From contig NC_043002.1 in assembly GCF_006345805.1 (NCBI RefSeq), forward strand, positions 103,106,001-103,170,000: a stretch of 64,000 nucleotides of DNA, given 5' to 3'. This stretch comes from Octopus sinensis. Its lineage: Eukaryota. The notes under the pieces are model-generated. The model made no database searches. It saw only the letters and a program-made list of their open reading frames with translations, and had not been told where the DNA came from. This document shows, one piece after another, positions 1 to 14,085 of this stretch. Position 1 is the stretch's first letter. Every line of letters starts with the position of its first letter. Made by a program: the position numbers and the translations under genes.

Positions 1-1084
1 TGCCTTCAAATACCTATAACCAGAATCCTCACTTATATAAACTTCTGGTTTAAGCGTAGAATATTTTTCATTATCTTAGACGGTCACCATCCGATATGTG
101 TAGACATAAGAAAGAAAATGCATACATATGTCAGGAATTAATATGAAATAAAATAGAAAAATTTAACACCGCACGCTGATAACTCGATATCATATCATTT
201 TATCAAAGAAATTAATCTATCCTTATATTTGTATTTAAATTATTATCGTGATGTTTTTCACATGTAATTAAATCAGTTTTACCACGCAATCAATTATTGC
301 TTGAGAGACATGAACAATTTCAAATTATATAGATAATAAATTAATTAGAAAAAATACTGATAGACATCATGTTTTTGAAAAGCCTCTGTGCGCTCAGTGT
401 TACTATATTTACTGCTGCGCGTAGTGCGTAGCTACAAATTAATTTTTTAAATTAATTCGTAGAGGTAAATACAATGTTAGTCGAGAGCAAACAATATTTT
501 AATTTCTTCCTATAAAGGATGGCAACAACGGACATATAACTTTGATATGATACCTTTTAGACTTCACATTAAATGGATTCGAAATTAGCTTGTCATCAGA
601 ATTTCCGACAATGAATCGGAATTACAGTTGATCAATCAGTCTAAGTATCTCACTACTCATTGAATTCCAACCTAAATGGCTGAACCCTTGTTGTAAACTT
701 CGGGAAGAATTAATGGAACACAGATTCAAACTGCTACGAGATAATACTATCACGTATATGATTTATTCTTAATGAGTTTACGTGCTCAGTGAATTTCATT
801 TTAATGTACATGTCAACTCCAGTTTGTTGTAGAACAAAATCTTCCAAGAGACCAGGCAATGACCTTGGACATAGGATTTCTTGTTTCCAGACCTATTTCT
901 TTTACCGTTGACGTATAATGTTAGTGGAGCTGGGTAAAGTTAGCCTAGCTGAAGTGGAGAGGAATAATTCTCAGAACATTTGCAATATGTTCAGTATTGA
1001 TATTCACTAAACATGAGTCGATTAATGTATGACCTTGACCTGACGTATACATATATTTATATATATATTATATCACACACATTT

Positions 1085-1240
1085 TTTTCTCTCTTTGTTT
1101 CTTCTGTGTCCCTTTCTGTAGAAGAGTGTAGGCTCGAAACGTAAAATACTTTTTCTATTCTTGAGCGTTATACTAATACATCTGTTTGTTTTGTACACCA
1201 CCTGTCTTCGTCTTCTGTTTGCTTTTTTTCGTAAACTCTC
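1085..1240 (+). mobile_element. Penelope-like pseudo-LTR fragment with degenerate hammerhead-like core (1113-1146)
   Basis: TTT-CTGTAGA-A-GAG-tgtagg-CTC-GAAA-CG-TA-AAA fits the minimal hammerhead layout of PLE pseudo-LTRs. A homologous copy lies on the minus strand at about 16340-16480. Confidence 0.5.
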
Positions 1241-3267
1241 CCTATATATATATATATATATATATATACGTATATGTTTGGGTATGTGTGATTTGTACTC
1301 TATTTGTACTCTTGCCGTTTCTGGTAGGTTTACGTTTTTAGAATTTATACAAAGAAAGGCTGCTAGAATGAGAACAGGACTAATGCATCAAACGCGGCAC
1401 CACCACTCCAAGGAGGCTCTCCAATGGCTGTGACCAGCAAATGATGAAAGGAATATACTTATACATTTACCGCGCAAACACACACTCACACACACATTGT
1501 ATGTGTACGTATGCGTATATAAATATAGGTACGCGTGTGTGTATATGTGTGTAAGCTTGTATATGTGTGAGTGTTTGGATGTGTGTGTGAGTGTGTACGC
1601 ACTGTGGTATAAATTCATCAGCCAAATTTATAATGCAACATGACAAGGTGTACAAAACTGTTTCCCAGAATAAAATGACGTACAGTTTTATATTTATTTT
1701 AGGCTGGATAGTGTCTAATTGATGCAAATCCCGTCCAAAACGATTGTCCGTTATGACTAATATTATCTCTTTGTTTGACGTTCCTAAACATTGCAAGTTC
1801 AGTACAAATTATTTTATATTTAAATAGTTTTATAGAGAACAATGTGTAGGCTAGTTTAAAGGACCTAGCAGCCTACTCTTTCTTTCGCTATGTTTATAAT
1901 GGAAATGCTGACAATAAATATTATTTTAAGGTAGAGCAGAACAAATATCACAACGGAATTTTTAAGCGAAAGCACCGATTTATAGCTTTTACTTTTTTAT
2001 GTTTTTAACATTTCTCAATATACATTGGTCAAAGCATACATCATGTAGGCACGAATATTACTTACGTACAAACCCACATTCATACCAACTCACATGCATA
2101 CCGGCATACCTACCTATCTATCTTACCCATAAATATACCTACGTACCTAACTATCTATCTAACTTCCGGCCTACCTACAAACATACTGCTTGCCTACCTC
2201 CCTAACTATATACATAAAACCTACCTACATGCATCCTTGCATGCAATCATACATGCATAAACACGTTTACACTTGCATGCATTACACAATATAATCCGAA
2301 AAAGCATATTGTGCTCCTACAAACACGTGTTACTGAATGCATGCATAAACTTCAACACAAGGGATATTAGCATAATGTTTCCGTGGAAACTGCTCTGAAC
2401 TTGGAGAAACAAGTATAAATATGTCATAAAATGTCTTTGCAGAAGTAAGCGTCTTTGAAAATAAAGGGAAAACAGGATGACTATAGACAACTGCTTCGAA
2501 ATCCATCTCCTCTACTCAGATAATAGGTTCGCATTTATACCAATAATAATCGACCCACCTGGTTTTCTGAATAATTGCCCAAGTGACAATCTGGAAAAAC
2601 TGGCGTTTTAAGAAAAAAAAAATCAACCAGCTAACACGCACATTACAGATTCAATCTATAAGCGGAACAATAAAATTATGCAAGCTTTTACTCAAATTCA
2701 AAATATCAATCATAATACATTATCATATTTATATATTTTTCACTAATGGTATTAACACCTTTTCTTTATTATGTTCTGAACAATATACTTTGTCTTTTAC
2801 TAGGCTTACCACTCACTGTTTTAGCGTTTTAGAGGAATGAGTACCACTTACTTCAATAAATTTAATTTAAGCCCATCTGTGTGCTCATAATCGATAATTT
2901 TGAAGCTTCCTGAAATCTTGACAGATTCGGATCAATTCTAAATTTTGGCCTCATTCTGCCATGCTCTGGATATGGCAAACTCTGCATCAGATACCCACAC
3001 TCTCCAGATTTCACTCCGTTCTAACTCTCGTTCTACTTTTTTTTCTCCCTCTCGTGTCTCTTTACTTCTATAATGAACACGTATTAACGAAATACACTGG
3101 ATTAAAGTATTCAAGTATAGAAGAGGGAACTTCCCCTTTGCGTTTCTTTGTTTGAATAAAAAGCTCAATTGTCAACTATCTAGGACAAGTTTCTTCAACT
3201 ATAGCCCAAAGACAGTCAAACCCTTGTGAATGAATTTCGTACACGGAACCTATGTGGAGGCCACACG

Positions 3268-3345
<78 letters not shown>
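3268..3345. repeat. Compound (TA)n(TG)n microsatellite
   Basis: Read directly from the sequence. Confidence 0.95.
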
Positions 3346-5024
3346 TGAGTGTTCCCTAGTATACGCTAATAGACAGGAACTGCTTTGTTGACGAACGTAT
3401 CACATGACTCGTGAAAACATTTGCAAATATTTTGACATTTCAAGCCACCAAGACAAGGATCCATTTTAAGTCATTTTGGGCTATATTAAATTGAAGCAGT
3501 TGATAGGCAAGTCTGCTTCTGCACTGTGATCCCTAAACCTATAAGTTGGAAACTTGGACAAAGACCGATTCCAGTTGGGAGCATGTTGAAATAAAGATGT
3601 ACAGAGATACGTATTTAACGCCTTTATTTTAGACAGCGATTAGTATTTGTTGTTGTTTGTTTTACAAAATTAGCATTTATTGAGCTTGATGCTCATTACA
3701 TGGGAATGTTAGAGAAACAAAGCGTTTAGAGAAACAAAAAAAGAGCGACGATCGGAGTTAATTAATTTTATCAGGTTTATTATTCCTGAATGACTGAAAG
3801 TCTTTGTTCATTAATTTCTTTTCACTTAAAACAGTAAATATGTTACGGTTACATTTTACTGCTTGCCTTCCATAGGGAATATATCTCTCCGTACTAGCTG
3901 GGTTGTTGTTACACATTGATGTATCCTCAATTGTGCATATGCATCATATTTATGTTATTACTGATCTGGAAAGAGTAGCATTGACTTCGTTTCCCTGATG
4001 AGTTCCAACTTCACAATTATCATCTCCTGATTTGTCACAGTTTGCCTCAAAGTAGATTAATTTTCCTTTTAACCCTTTACTTTTTACCACCAAATATTTC
4101 CCAAGTTTGATTAATTGATGTAGGTTTTCATATTTATGTAATTTGTGATTGGAATTATTCTCTGTTTTGCTGCAGGAGATTTAGACCTTTGTCAAATATT
4201 TTTCCTCCACACATCAGGAAGATATTTTTTAATTAATTTAAATATGAGCACACCCTGCATTGTGTAATATAAAATATATTTTGGTTCCGCCTGCAAAATA
4301 CTCCCACAGTTCCTTCCAGATTTCTTGGATTTCTAGCACACTCACTCAATGTATTGTAGAGAAAATATTTTATTTGTTTCACTTATTATATTTCAACTGA
4401 TTTGAACATTTATATTTTATCGCCGACAATTTGTTTCATTATTACAAAAAACACACCACAATAAACGTAAAACAAAAAAAAATATTCAATTTAATATACT
4501 GGAAATTGTTTTCATCTATAGGAATTTTTTTTTTACAAAAACCAAAACCAGACACAATATGCCAACATTTCTTTAAATGAACGATTTCCAAGAAATCTAT
4601 TACAAATCTTCGAGTCATATCCGACCGAAATTAGTCTAATAAAGAATTTTACGGTGACATGGTGATAAATGTTTCAAACAGACAGTCACTGACAATTTAC
4701 ATAAAGCAAATGCATAAACGTTAACCGATCTTCATTGTTTTAGATATTTGTTAGACTTAATTTTTTTTTTTTTTTTTTTTTCGGTTTTTATGAAACTTTA
4801 TTTTTGACATTTAGACAATATTGGTCTGTTTCCTGATATTTTATCTGCAAACATTAGTGCCCATCTTTTATTCTTTCTGTATAATTGAAAACGCATTCTC
4901 TTGTCATTTCCGTAAACAAATTATAAAAGCAAGTTCTTAGCGAGCGAAGAGCTCATTCTGTTTATCTGTTTATTGAATTAGATTGGATTCCTGACATCAA
5001 CTATCGAACACGATGAATATCTTC

Positions 5025-5078
5025 ACACACACGCACACACACACACACACAACACACACACACCACACACACACACAT

Positions 5079-5175
<97 letters not shown>

Positions 5176-5182
5176 ATATACA
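5025..5182. repeat. Compound (CA)n(TA)n microsatellite
   Basis: Read directly from the sequence; it explains the poly-YI/HT ORFs here. Confidence 0.95.
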
Positions 5183-6459
5183 ATTAAATATATGTGAATC
5201 GTATTGATTTGATTTCATAAGTGTAACGTGGACTTCTCTCCCTCTGACGCTCTTTCTGTCTGCCTGCCCAACTGCCTCGCCTTTTCCTCTTGCTTCTTTT
5301 CCTTCTTTCTTCCTTCTTTACGTTCTCCCTCTTTCTCTCTGTCACTCAGATCTATCTCTCTTCGTATTTCTTTCTCTCCCGATATGTGTGTGTATGATTG
5401 TGTGTGTACTAAAGACTCAGTGTATATTTATGCCTGTCCATGTATATATGCGTATCTGATTGCAAGTTAATTATCTTATTTGTCAGTATACGAGTATGAA
5501 ATAGAAGCAAATGCATATAAAATTACACATTAGTAGCATTTACCGATTTTATATTGCCAAGGGGTGCACCAAGTAATTGCCAGAACATATTAAACGTCAG
5601 AACTATGTTAGACATTTACTATTTTCTACGATTTATACAAGCTATTATGGAATTCAGTTAGTTGTCTTCAAGTTGTCAATCTACATTGCTAACCATCTCC
5701 ATTTGGTATAGGGTTTGTGTGAGCTCTGATTCTCTCTAGATGGTTTGCATTCTTTCTTAAATAATTTTAAGAAAGAAACAACATTCCTAACTGATGACTG
5801 ATGGAATTCGAACATTCCATCTCTTTTGAACTGGATTATGTCTGTCAATATTTTTAGAGATCTAAGCTGGTGGACTGACAGCAAATACTGACTGATGGAA
5901 TAAACGCTTCGTGGTAATGACTTATACCTACGCCTTGCATCTGGTGTTCAAATGACAGATGAATTTCCGAGAGATAACATAAGTACTTGCAAAGTGCTGG
6001 AGACCATTAAATTGTTTCTACGCTTTCTCCAAATTTACTCTCTCTAGTCTGATTTAAGAATCAATATTTTGTCACTACGGCTAACGTTCGTTTTATAATC
6101 CTATTTTCCTGGGTTCAAATCCATTTGAGTTTCCTTTGGATTCTTATCAAGATTATTGTCCCGCAGCAAACGTGGTCAGTTCAATATGTTATCTTAGCTG
6201 AATCCACCAGGCATTTCAGCCAGTTCTTTTTTTTTGTTTTACTCAGTTCAAATGATGTTAATCTCATACCTGGTTGTTCGCACACTATAGTTTCCTATTC
6301 TCATTTTGCTGCTTGCTGATCCAACAACATCTTTAAATGTGTAAAGGACAAAGCCTTGGAGTAAAAGAGAATTTAATCTATGTTGTATATAGCAAGATCC
6401 TTACAGAAATATGTAACGACAAATAATGTTAGGCTTTCTGATTTCCAGTTGGCAGTCCG

Positions 6460-6886
6460 GGATATTTTCGGTTTGAACGGCAGTTTTTAACATAATTTCT
6501 AGGTAACTAAAAAATTTTAAACTTCGTATACTAGTAGAATGTGTTTATAAAACATCTTTTTCTCTTGGCTTTATTGAGAAAATTCTATAGTTTGTAAGAT
6601 ATTTGTTGGGTTTTTTCTTCACTTTCTGCAATTTCAACCAATCACTGACGTCTATTGAGGTAAAATACATTATGTGCCGTATGGATATGTCCCTCGTTTA
6701 AGAAACAGATTGGGTTTATTTACATTTGTGAAGAAAAAAAGATACCCTTCCCCCCACAGCTAGCCCTAACCCTAACTAACCCTTAAACAGATAGAAATGC
6801 AATAGATCGATACTAGGGTCATAATTATGGGTGACAATTTCATATGACACCGCTAGAAAAAACTGCCGTTCAAACCGAAAAGATCC
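6460..6886. mobile_element. Non-autonomous DNA transposon (MITE), Merlin-like
   Basis: 29-bp TIRs: GGATATTTTCGGTTTGAACGGCAGTTTTT and AAAAACTGCCGTTCAAACCGAAAAGATCC (1 mismatch). Flanks GCAGTCCG (6452-6459) and TCAGTCCG (6887-6894) form an 8-bp TSD with 7/8 match. GG termini with an 8-bp TSD fit Merlin. No ORF. Confidence 0.75.
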
Positions 6887-7919
6887 TCAGTCCGAGTTTC
6901 TCGACTCTCGCTGGTGATGAAAAAGAAAAATTTCCTTTCAATCACTCCATATGGACATGTAGGAAAAAGTTCTAATTTGACATGGACGCAAAGAACGAGT
7001 CAACGATAACATGTTCATGATAGAATATTAGGTGTTTTTTTTTTTTAATACGACTTCTCTGTACACGTTCTGTGTTTAAACAACTACGATGAAATTCTCT
7101 ACAAATCAGTAAATAACTGATGTTTGTTGGCTCCAATAAATACTTTTACCTTTTGCGACTACAGATTGTTTTGTAAACTTGATAAATGAAATAAAGCGAA
7201 TAGAAGTATATCTCTATATCTAACTGAATCGCTGCTAAACCTTTTCTCCATTTCATAGACTCTTTAGGTTACATAAGAAGGATAAATTAGAATTTATTTA
7301 CACCCAAATCGCCTCATAAAGCAGGCATCTGTTACGCGGTCCAAAGTACAAACTTTGTATGTAAGTGATAGTGAGAGCGATAGAGAGAGAAAAAGAGTGA
7401 GAGAATAATAGAGAAAGAAAGAAAGAGAGAGTAACATAGAGACAGAGAGTATAATTCTGTCTGCTCCATGACTGCCTAACAATACGTTAGCCGTAAAAAG
7501 TGACATCAATATTTGATGACTGGTCTCTGTTTAGCAGTTTTCGAATAGCAAAAACAAAAAAATCTCGTTAGTTGTCTATATCAGCGAAATCTTGCTTAAT
7601 TCACACCATATTCTCTAAAACTAAAGACGTTAAAAAACGATCTAGTTCTTGATATACAAAATAAAACGGAATAATCAGGTTTGGAACGCATTTTCACATA
7701 AATCTTATTCATGAAATCTGATCTAGTTTTAAACATCAGGAACCAAATTTACCCATCAGCAGCGAATGAATAACTGAACTCTGTTGCTCAAACTCTTAGA
7801 TAAAAGGTGGCATCAAAGAGTTCCAGAACTAGTTATGTTTAATAAAAAAATAATTTATTTACCAAAGTTTTGGCATCATCTTCGAAATAGTTACCTTGTG
7901 CGGCAATACACTCATCTTA

Positions 7920-8175
7920 GTACATCAGATAAACAATGCCCGTGTCCCTTGCGTCGACTTCAGCTCCCTCTTCCACATTGCTTTGCTATGTCCATCAACA
8001 AGTCCCAAGGGCAAACACTAACACCAACAGGTCTCCATTTAGGCCAACCATGTTTCTCACTCGGCCAATTATACGATGGATTCTCAAAAGTCGGGTGCAA
8101 ACAAATAATAAAAAAAACCTTTTCGTGTTCGCCCCGAACGCCCAAGCGAAAAATGCCGTCAACCGTGAATGCTGT
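7920..8175 (+). mobile_element. Helitron RepHel C-terminal (Pif1-like helicase) fragment, decayed
   Basis: ORF 7784-8227 contains LRRLQLPLPHCFAMSINKSQGQTL...GLHLGQPCFSLGQLYDGFSKVG, matching the Helitron helicase motif QFPL-x-FAMTINKSQGQTL...FSHGQLYVA.SRV. No 3' hairpin/CTRR end was recognised. Confidence 0.8.
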
Positions 8176-8399
8176 AGGCCATCCAACATACCACATGTTC
8201 CCTGCTGAAGAGGTTTATGGTGAGTGAATACTATTGTTGCTATTCTTTCAAAATTACCTGTTTTTTTAAAAAGTATTTTGGTAATTTCATCCGCTACAGC
8301 TTCTCCGTCTACTTACAGATGGCTGACATTTTGACATCACTGCACCCACTGCTTTTCATGTGAACGAAACAGGACCTTTTTACGTGTGAAGAGTTAACA

Positions 8400-9190
8400 A
8401 TCATTTCCAGGGTTATAGTGAGAACGATAACACTGTTCATGACACTCTTGGAATCCGGTCTAGACGTCGTTTTCCATAAGCGAGTAGAGGAATTTCTGCG
8501 ACTCGTTATTCATCTCCACAACGGTGTTAAAACGGCGACCTTTGAACTACCTTTTAATCTTAAGGAAGAGATGAAAGTCCGCAGGTGCCAAATCTGGTTA
8601 GTAGGGCGGATGCGGAATCGATACCATGCCATTTGCGAGAAACTGCTAAATGAGTAGAGTTCGGTGGCAAGGTGTCCTTGAGAAGAATCCAGACGTGAGG
8701 ATTTCCTGCACGGACTCATACGAAAAACCAAAAATTTTGTTCGTTGCTGTCCAACGATCCTCATGCACAAAGTGATTAATTTTTCCCACACGTTCATAGC
8801 AGGTCTTCCTGAATGCACATCGTTTTCTAAAGGCGTTCTTCCGCTTTTGAAATGTCGTGCCACCCGAAATCATGCGTACGATTTATTGCCTCGAAGCCGT
8901 ACTTTTGCCACAGCATGCTTAATGTCTCTGTAGCAGACTTACCAGGTTTAACGCAAAATTTCACGTTGGCTCTTAGTTCCAACTTTTTGTCCAGGACAAA
9001 ATGGCAGGCTATAGCATATATGTGATCAGAAGAACGTAGATTTTACAGTTTGCGAAGTCAACTCCGCAATGTCACACGGTACACTGCTAGCTCTCACTGC
9101 GCTGCCATCAACCGTTTGTTGACAGTAACCAAATGGTGCTGTGTTTGTGCATATAGAACTAGTTTGGGAAATTTTTGATACCACCTCGTA
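8400..9190 (-). mobile_element. Mariner (DD34D-type) transposon relic, internally deleted
   Basis: Minus strand: putative TIR plus TA at 9160-9190, N-terminal ELRANVKFCVKPGKSATETLSML, FKSGRTPLENDVHSGRP, and a frameshifted C-terminal HPPYQPDLAPADFHLFLKIK..FKGRRF. The catalytic middle and the second TIR were not found. Confidence 0.85.
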
Positions 9191-10199
9191 TAACTGTTAA
9201 TTATCCTCTAAATTGCACTTCGTTGCTATAAGGAAAGGATAATATGGCTAATGTAAAACTATAAATAACAGGTCGATAACAGAAATGTTTACATGTGTGT
9301 ATTTCATAAGTTAGATGAAAACTCACTAGAGAGTGATGTATTCGTCCTTCCAAAGGCAATGCTTGTTTGTAACTATTGCTAACTAGTATAACAGGATTCG
9401 TATATAGAGAATGATATATAATAATGTGATTATAAAAAAATTATATATTTCCATTCCGGAATAACATCCATTATTCATAATAAAGTTTTATTTCTACTGA
9501 AAAATGAGTGTATTTGTTATGTATAGTCACGAACATATTCACAACACGTGTAGAATTTCAACACATGAATTCATTTTAGGATAACATGTAGTTTAATGTA
9601 ACATTGAAACAAACACAATCATGATGCAATGCCCAGCATAATGTTTTCAAGTATTTATACTGCAAGTCAATGGCTACCTACCATACATTCAAAACGTATT
9701 TATCGCCCTTTTGCAAGAAAACACGGTTTCACTTTACTGCTCTTCCTTTGGACGTAGGTGTCTGGGTTTTGTTAATTTTTTAGCAACAGCGACGCATATT
9801 TTGGCAACATACTTAAGTATTCTGAGAAAATGTTTTCAAAATACGTAGGAAAACGTGATTTAGACAAGTAACGGTTTAGGTTTTTGATCAAATAAAATCT
9901 TCAGTGAAGTCTTCCTGAAATCTCAACGTATCGTCTCAAAAAAGAGAACTGCATTTCAGAAACTGTACCCCAAAATATTTAGTATTTTAACAAAGGAAGA
10001 TAACATATAAAAATTCTTAATGTCTTTCGTTATAGATTTCTAGTCGTGTCATTGAGCTAGAGAAGAGCTCAAAATAGAAGTAAAATCAAATGCGCAAAGA
10101 TTGGAATAGGAAAGCGATACATTCAAGAATATATATTCATATACTGAATCAGTTATGATGCTTGTTTTATCAAAGACTTTAAAATATGCATATATATAC

Positions 10200-10229
10200 T
10201 TATATAAGTATGTGTGTGTATGTGTATTT

Positions 10230-10292
<63 letters not shown>

Positions 10293-10490
10293 CATATATA
10301 TATACATATATATTACATATATACATATATATATACATATATATATACATATATATATACATATATTATATATACATATATATACATATACATATATATA
10401 TATACATATATATATACATATATAATATACATATATATACATATATATATACATATATATACATATATATATATACATATATATATATAC

Positions 10491-10566
<76 letters not shown>

Positions 10567-10656
10567 CATATATATATTATATATATACATATATATATAT
10601 AATATACATATATATATACACACACACACACACTCATATTTATATTTCCCTTTACG

Positions 10657-10701
<45 letters not shown>

Positions 10702-10745
10702 AGAGAGAAAGAGAGGGAGAGAGAGAGGAGAAGAGAGAGAAAAGA
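10200..10745. repeat. Long interrupted (TA)n/(TACA) microsatellite ending in (GA)n
   Basis: Read directly from the sequence. Confidence 0.95.
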
Positions 10746-12535
10746 AATACAGTGATGTATGCAGAATGCGGGGGTATGTAACCACATGGCAGGCCACATA
10801 TGTGATTCGATATATTGTGTACGTTTGAAATTTCAGTTATTTATCTAATAATAAGAGAATGAAATATTTTTGCTATATAATTACAAGTTGGTAAAAATTG
10901 GCACATTTGCATATCAGAAGCAGTATTTTGTGAGAGAATAATTTTTAGAAAACTGCATATTTCAATATGTAGTTTGGAATCATTTTAAATGGGGGAGCCA
11001 GTCTCTGAATATCGGTAAAATATCGATTTTATCAGTTGCAATTTCCAGTTTGAATTAAGAAATAATAACTGACACAGAAATAAAGACTCTAAAATAAAGA
11101 ATTTTGTTGTGGAATTTATTAAGAAAACGAACTTTTTAAAGAACTATTTAGGTGCCGAAACATCAACAACGCGCTAATTAAAAACCATTATATGATCGGT
11201 GGTCAAAAACAATGATTTTAATTATAAATTATCGATTAATAGAATTTTCTCGAAGCATAACAAAGGAACAATAGAATTCAATGCAGCTTGTTCTCTTGCC
11301 AAGCCTCAGATAAGATGCAGGCTTTTTTGGAAATAGAACTACTGAAACGATCTTTATATGTGACATTGTGTGCATGTACTAACTTTAGGCCGGCGAGAAA
11401 AAAATAGAATAAAGTATTTTAATTTTGCATGTTCAATCACGCCATATGTGTGTGAGTGTGTATATTCTTGATGATGTACGTGTGTGTGTGTGTATGTGTG
11501 TGTGCTCAGTGGGGCATGCGTGTGTGGGTGGCTGCTTGTGTACAGCGTAGTATGTGGGTTTGAATATTGTCTGGCATCACTTAGTATTGATTTCTAACTT
11601 CGGTAGAGGGCTTAACACTTTTGGAGCATAGTATTGCCGATTATTAATCGACTTAAATCTGGTACTTATGTTTGCCAATGATGGAGAAACTTCGGGAACA
11701 CTCGACTCGCTGGAGGTAACAGCTAAACACCCTCAAACCATACCCTTATGTTTCAAAATCACGGTTATATTTGGAAAGGTAATTATTGATCTTAAAACGG
11801 CAGGGTGCACCGGGATGTTTTATCATTGATCATCAGGCTTCTTTCAGTTATTTTATCAATCCAGGATGGTAAAAGAACGAATGGGTACTGTCATTGTTTC
11901 AATTAAAACGAAAAATTAAAAATAAAACACACTTAACGAAATACCAGACGTCATTCTATATGCCAATCCGGTTCAGTCCAACCACTAGCGGCCATGATAA
12001 TGGTAGCAGCTTCTCTTCTATGATAATTTATAGATTTGAACATAGAAATCAAGAATAATCGTTTCTGTAAAAGACACACGATAGATATTTTGGAAGGTGC
12101 TGACAAACGTTCAATAATATCGAAACCAGTGCTTGACTTCTATGTTTATTTGTCAAATCTGGAATGTTGAATGCAAATTCGAGCTCACGAAATCCTAAAA
12201 TCAGAAGATGTATTGTCTTCATTATCTACGGTAAAGCATTCTGTCCGATTTTTGGAGGAGTCTGCCAGTCCAATTATGTAAATAAAAATTGTTCCTTAGA
12301 TAAGCATACAATCTATAAGACACGGATAGGAGATAGTCGATAGTATCAACTCCAGTATTTAACATCTGATTCATAATATTGTTCACGTAAGGATGAAATA
12401 TTAAGTTGGTATTCGTGGAATTTGAACCCAAAATTTTGAGACACATAACGGTGTGCATTAAATTATATTCTCGAACGCCCAAATGTTTGGACCCATAGAA
12501 TAAAATAAAAATAATTATAGTTAGCAATTATTATA

Positions 12536-12734
12536 GGCGCAGGAGTGGCTGTGTTGTAAGTAGCTCGTCCACCAACCACATGGTTCCGCGTTCAGTCCCA
12601 CTGCGTGGCACCTTGGGCACGTATCTTCTACTATAGCCTCGGGCCGACCAAAGCCGTGTGAGTGGATTTGGTAGACGGAAACTGAAAGAAGCCCGTTGTA
12701 TATATATATATATATATATATACGTTTGCCAATG

Positions 12735-12772
<38 letters not shown>

Positions 12773-12977
12773 CTGTGTTTGTCCCCTAGCATTTCTTGAC
12801 AACCGATGCTGGTGTGTTTATGTCCCCGTTACCTAGCGGTTCGGCAAAATAGACCGATAGAATAAGTACTGGGCTTACAAAAAGAATAAGTCCCGGGGTC
12901 GAGTTGCTTGATTAAAGGCGGTGCTCCAGCATGGCTGCAGTCAATTGACTGAAACAAGTAAAAGAGTAAAAGAGTAA
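12536..12977 (+). mobile_element. tRNA-derived SINE, family C (CORE-like centre), near full length
   Basis: Head GGCGCAGGAGTGGCTGTGTTGTAAG with B-box-like GTTCAGTCC, CORE-like CACCTTGGGCA, an internal (TA)/(TG) tract and an (AAAGAGT)n tail. Homologous copies at 60488-60931 and 63396-63742. Confidence 0.85.
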
Positions 12978-13542
12978 ACAGTAAGGGGATAGTCCATAGA
13001 GACTGTCGAATAAACGGCAACAAAATACTTTTGTTATTCAAAATGTTATATATTGAAGGTTTTGTGAAATAGATATGATACATTTTCCAAATGTGTGTTC
13101 CGAAACAAAATACAAATATATTTAGCAGAAATATGCGATACATACATATGCGTGTGTGTGTTTGTGTTTGTGTGTGTGTGTGTCCAAAACAATACGAAAG
13201 GAAGCGGAGACAGCATAATTTGTTAAAATGACTGACACGTTTTTCTGATGCTCGGAGTCTCTGCAGTTGCTTATGAAATCCAAAATTTTCGGCTGTGCAT
13301 ATTCATCGAAAGTGTTTCCATAATCAGTTTTTTTTTTATGTGTCACTAGCCTATTTCCTTATTCTACTATGATTTAAGTTACGAATGGAAAAAGGTAAAG
13401 GAAGATGTTAAAATCTGATATGACTATAAACCGTACTTTTGTATCTGACATCGACGGGCAGAATGCTGAGGTCGATTTTGCCATTCATCTTGATGGAAAT
13501 ATGTGCCTATTAAAATACAAATGTTATTAACCGAAATATGCG

Positions 13543-13544
<2 letters not shown>

Positions 13545-13597
<53 letters not shown>

Positions 13598-13876
13598 CTA
13601 TATATCTATATGTATATATATATATGTATATATATATATGTTATATATATATATATATATATATATAGATATATATATATATATATATTCGGTTAAGTAA
13701 TTGAGATTCAAGTGAATTATAAAGAATTCACATGAATATGGTCCTTAACTAGGATGCACCGGAAATCTATATGGTGTTAACCATACGACAAGTGGGGTGA
13801 TTACAAATAGGAAAAAAGCAACAAGAATGGATTAAAATCGTACCGAGATTTTAATCCATTCTTGTTGCTTTTTTCC

Positions 13877-13921
<45 letters not shown>

Positions 13922-13986
13922 ATATGTATATGTATATATATATATGTATATATATATACATATATATATTTATATGTATATATATG

Positions 13987-14031
<45 letters not shown>

Positions 14032-14085
14032 GTGTATATATATATGTGTGTGTGTGTGTGTGTATACATATATATATATATATAT
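13545..14085. repeat. Two long interrupted (TA)n microsatellites (13545-13690, 13880-14085)
   Basis: Read directly from the sequence. Confidence 0.9.

Noticed and set aside
8300-8395. pogo/Tigger DDE fragment (FHVNETGPF, resembling FN.DETGLF)
   Set aside because: A single short motif, too little to call.
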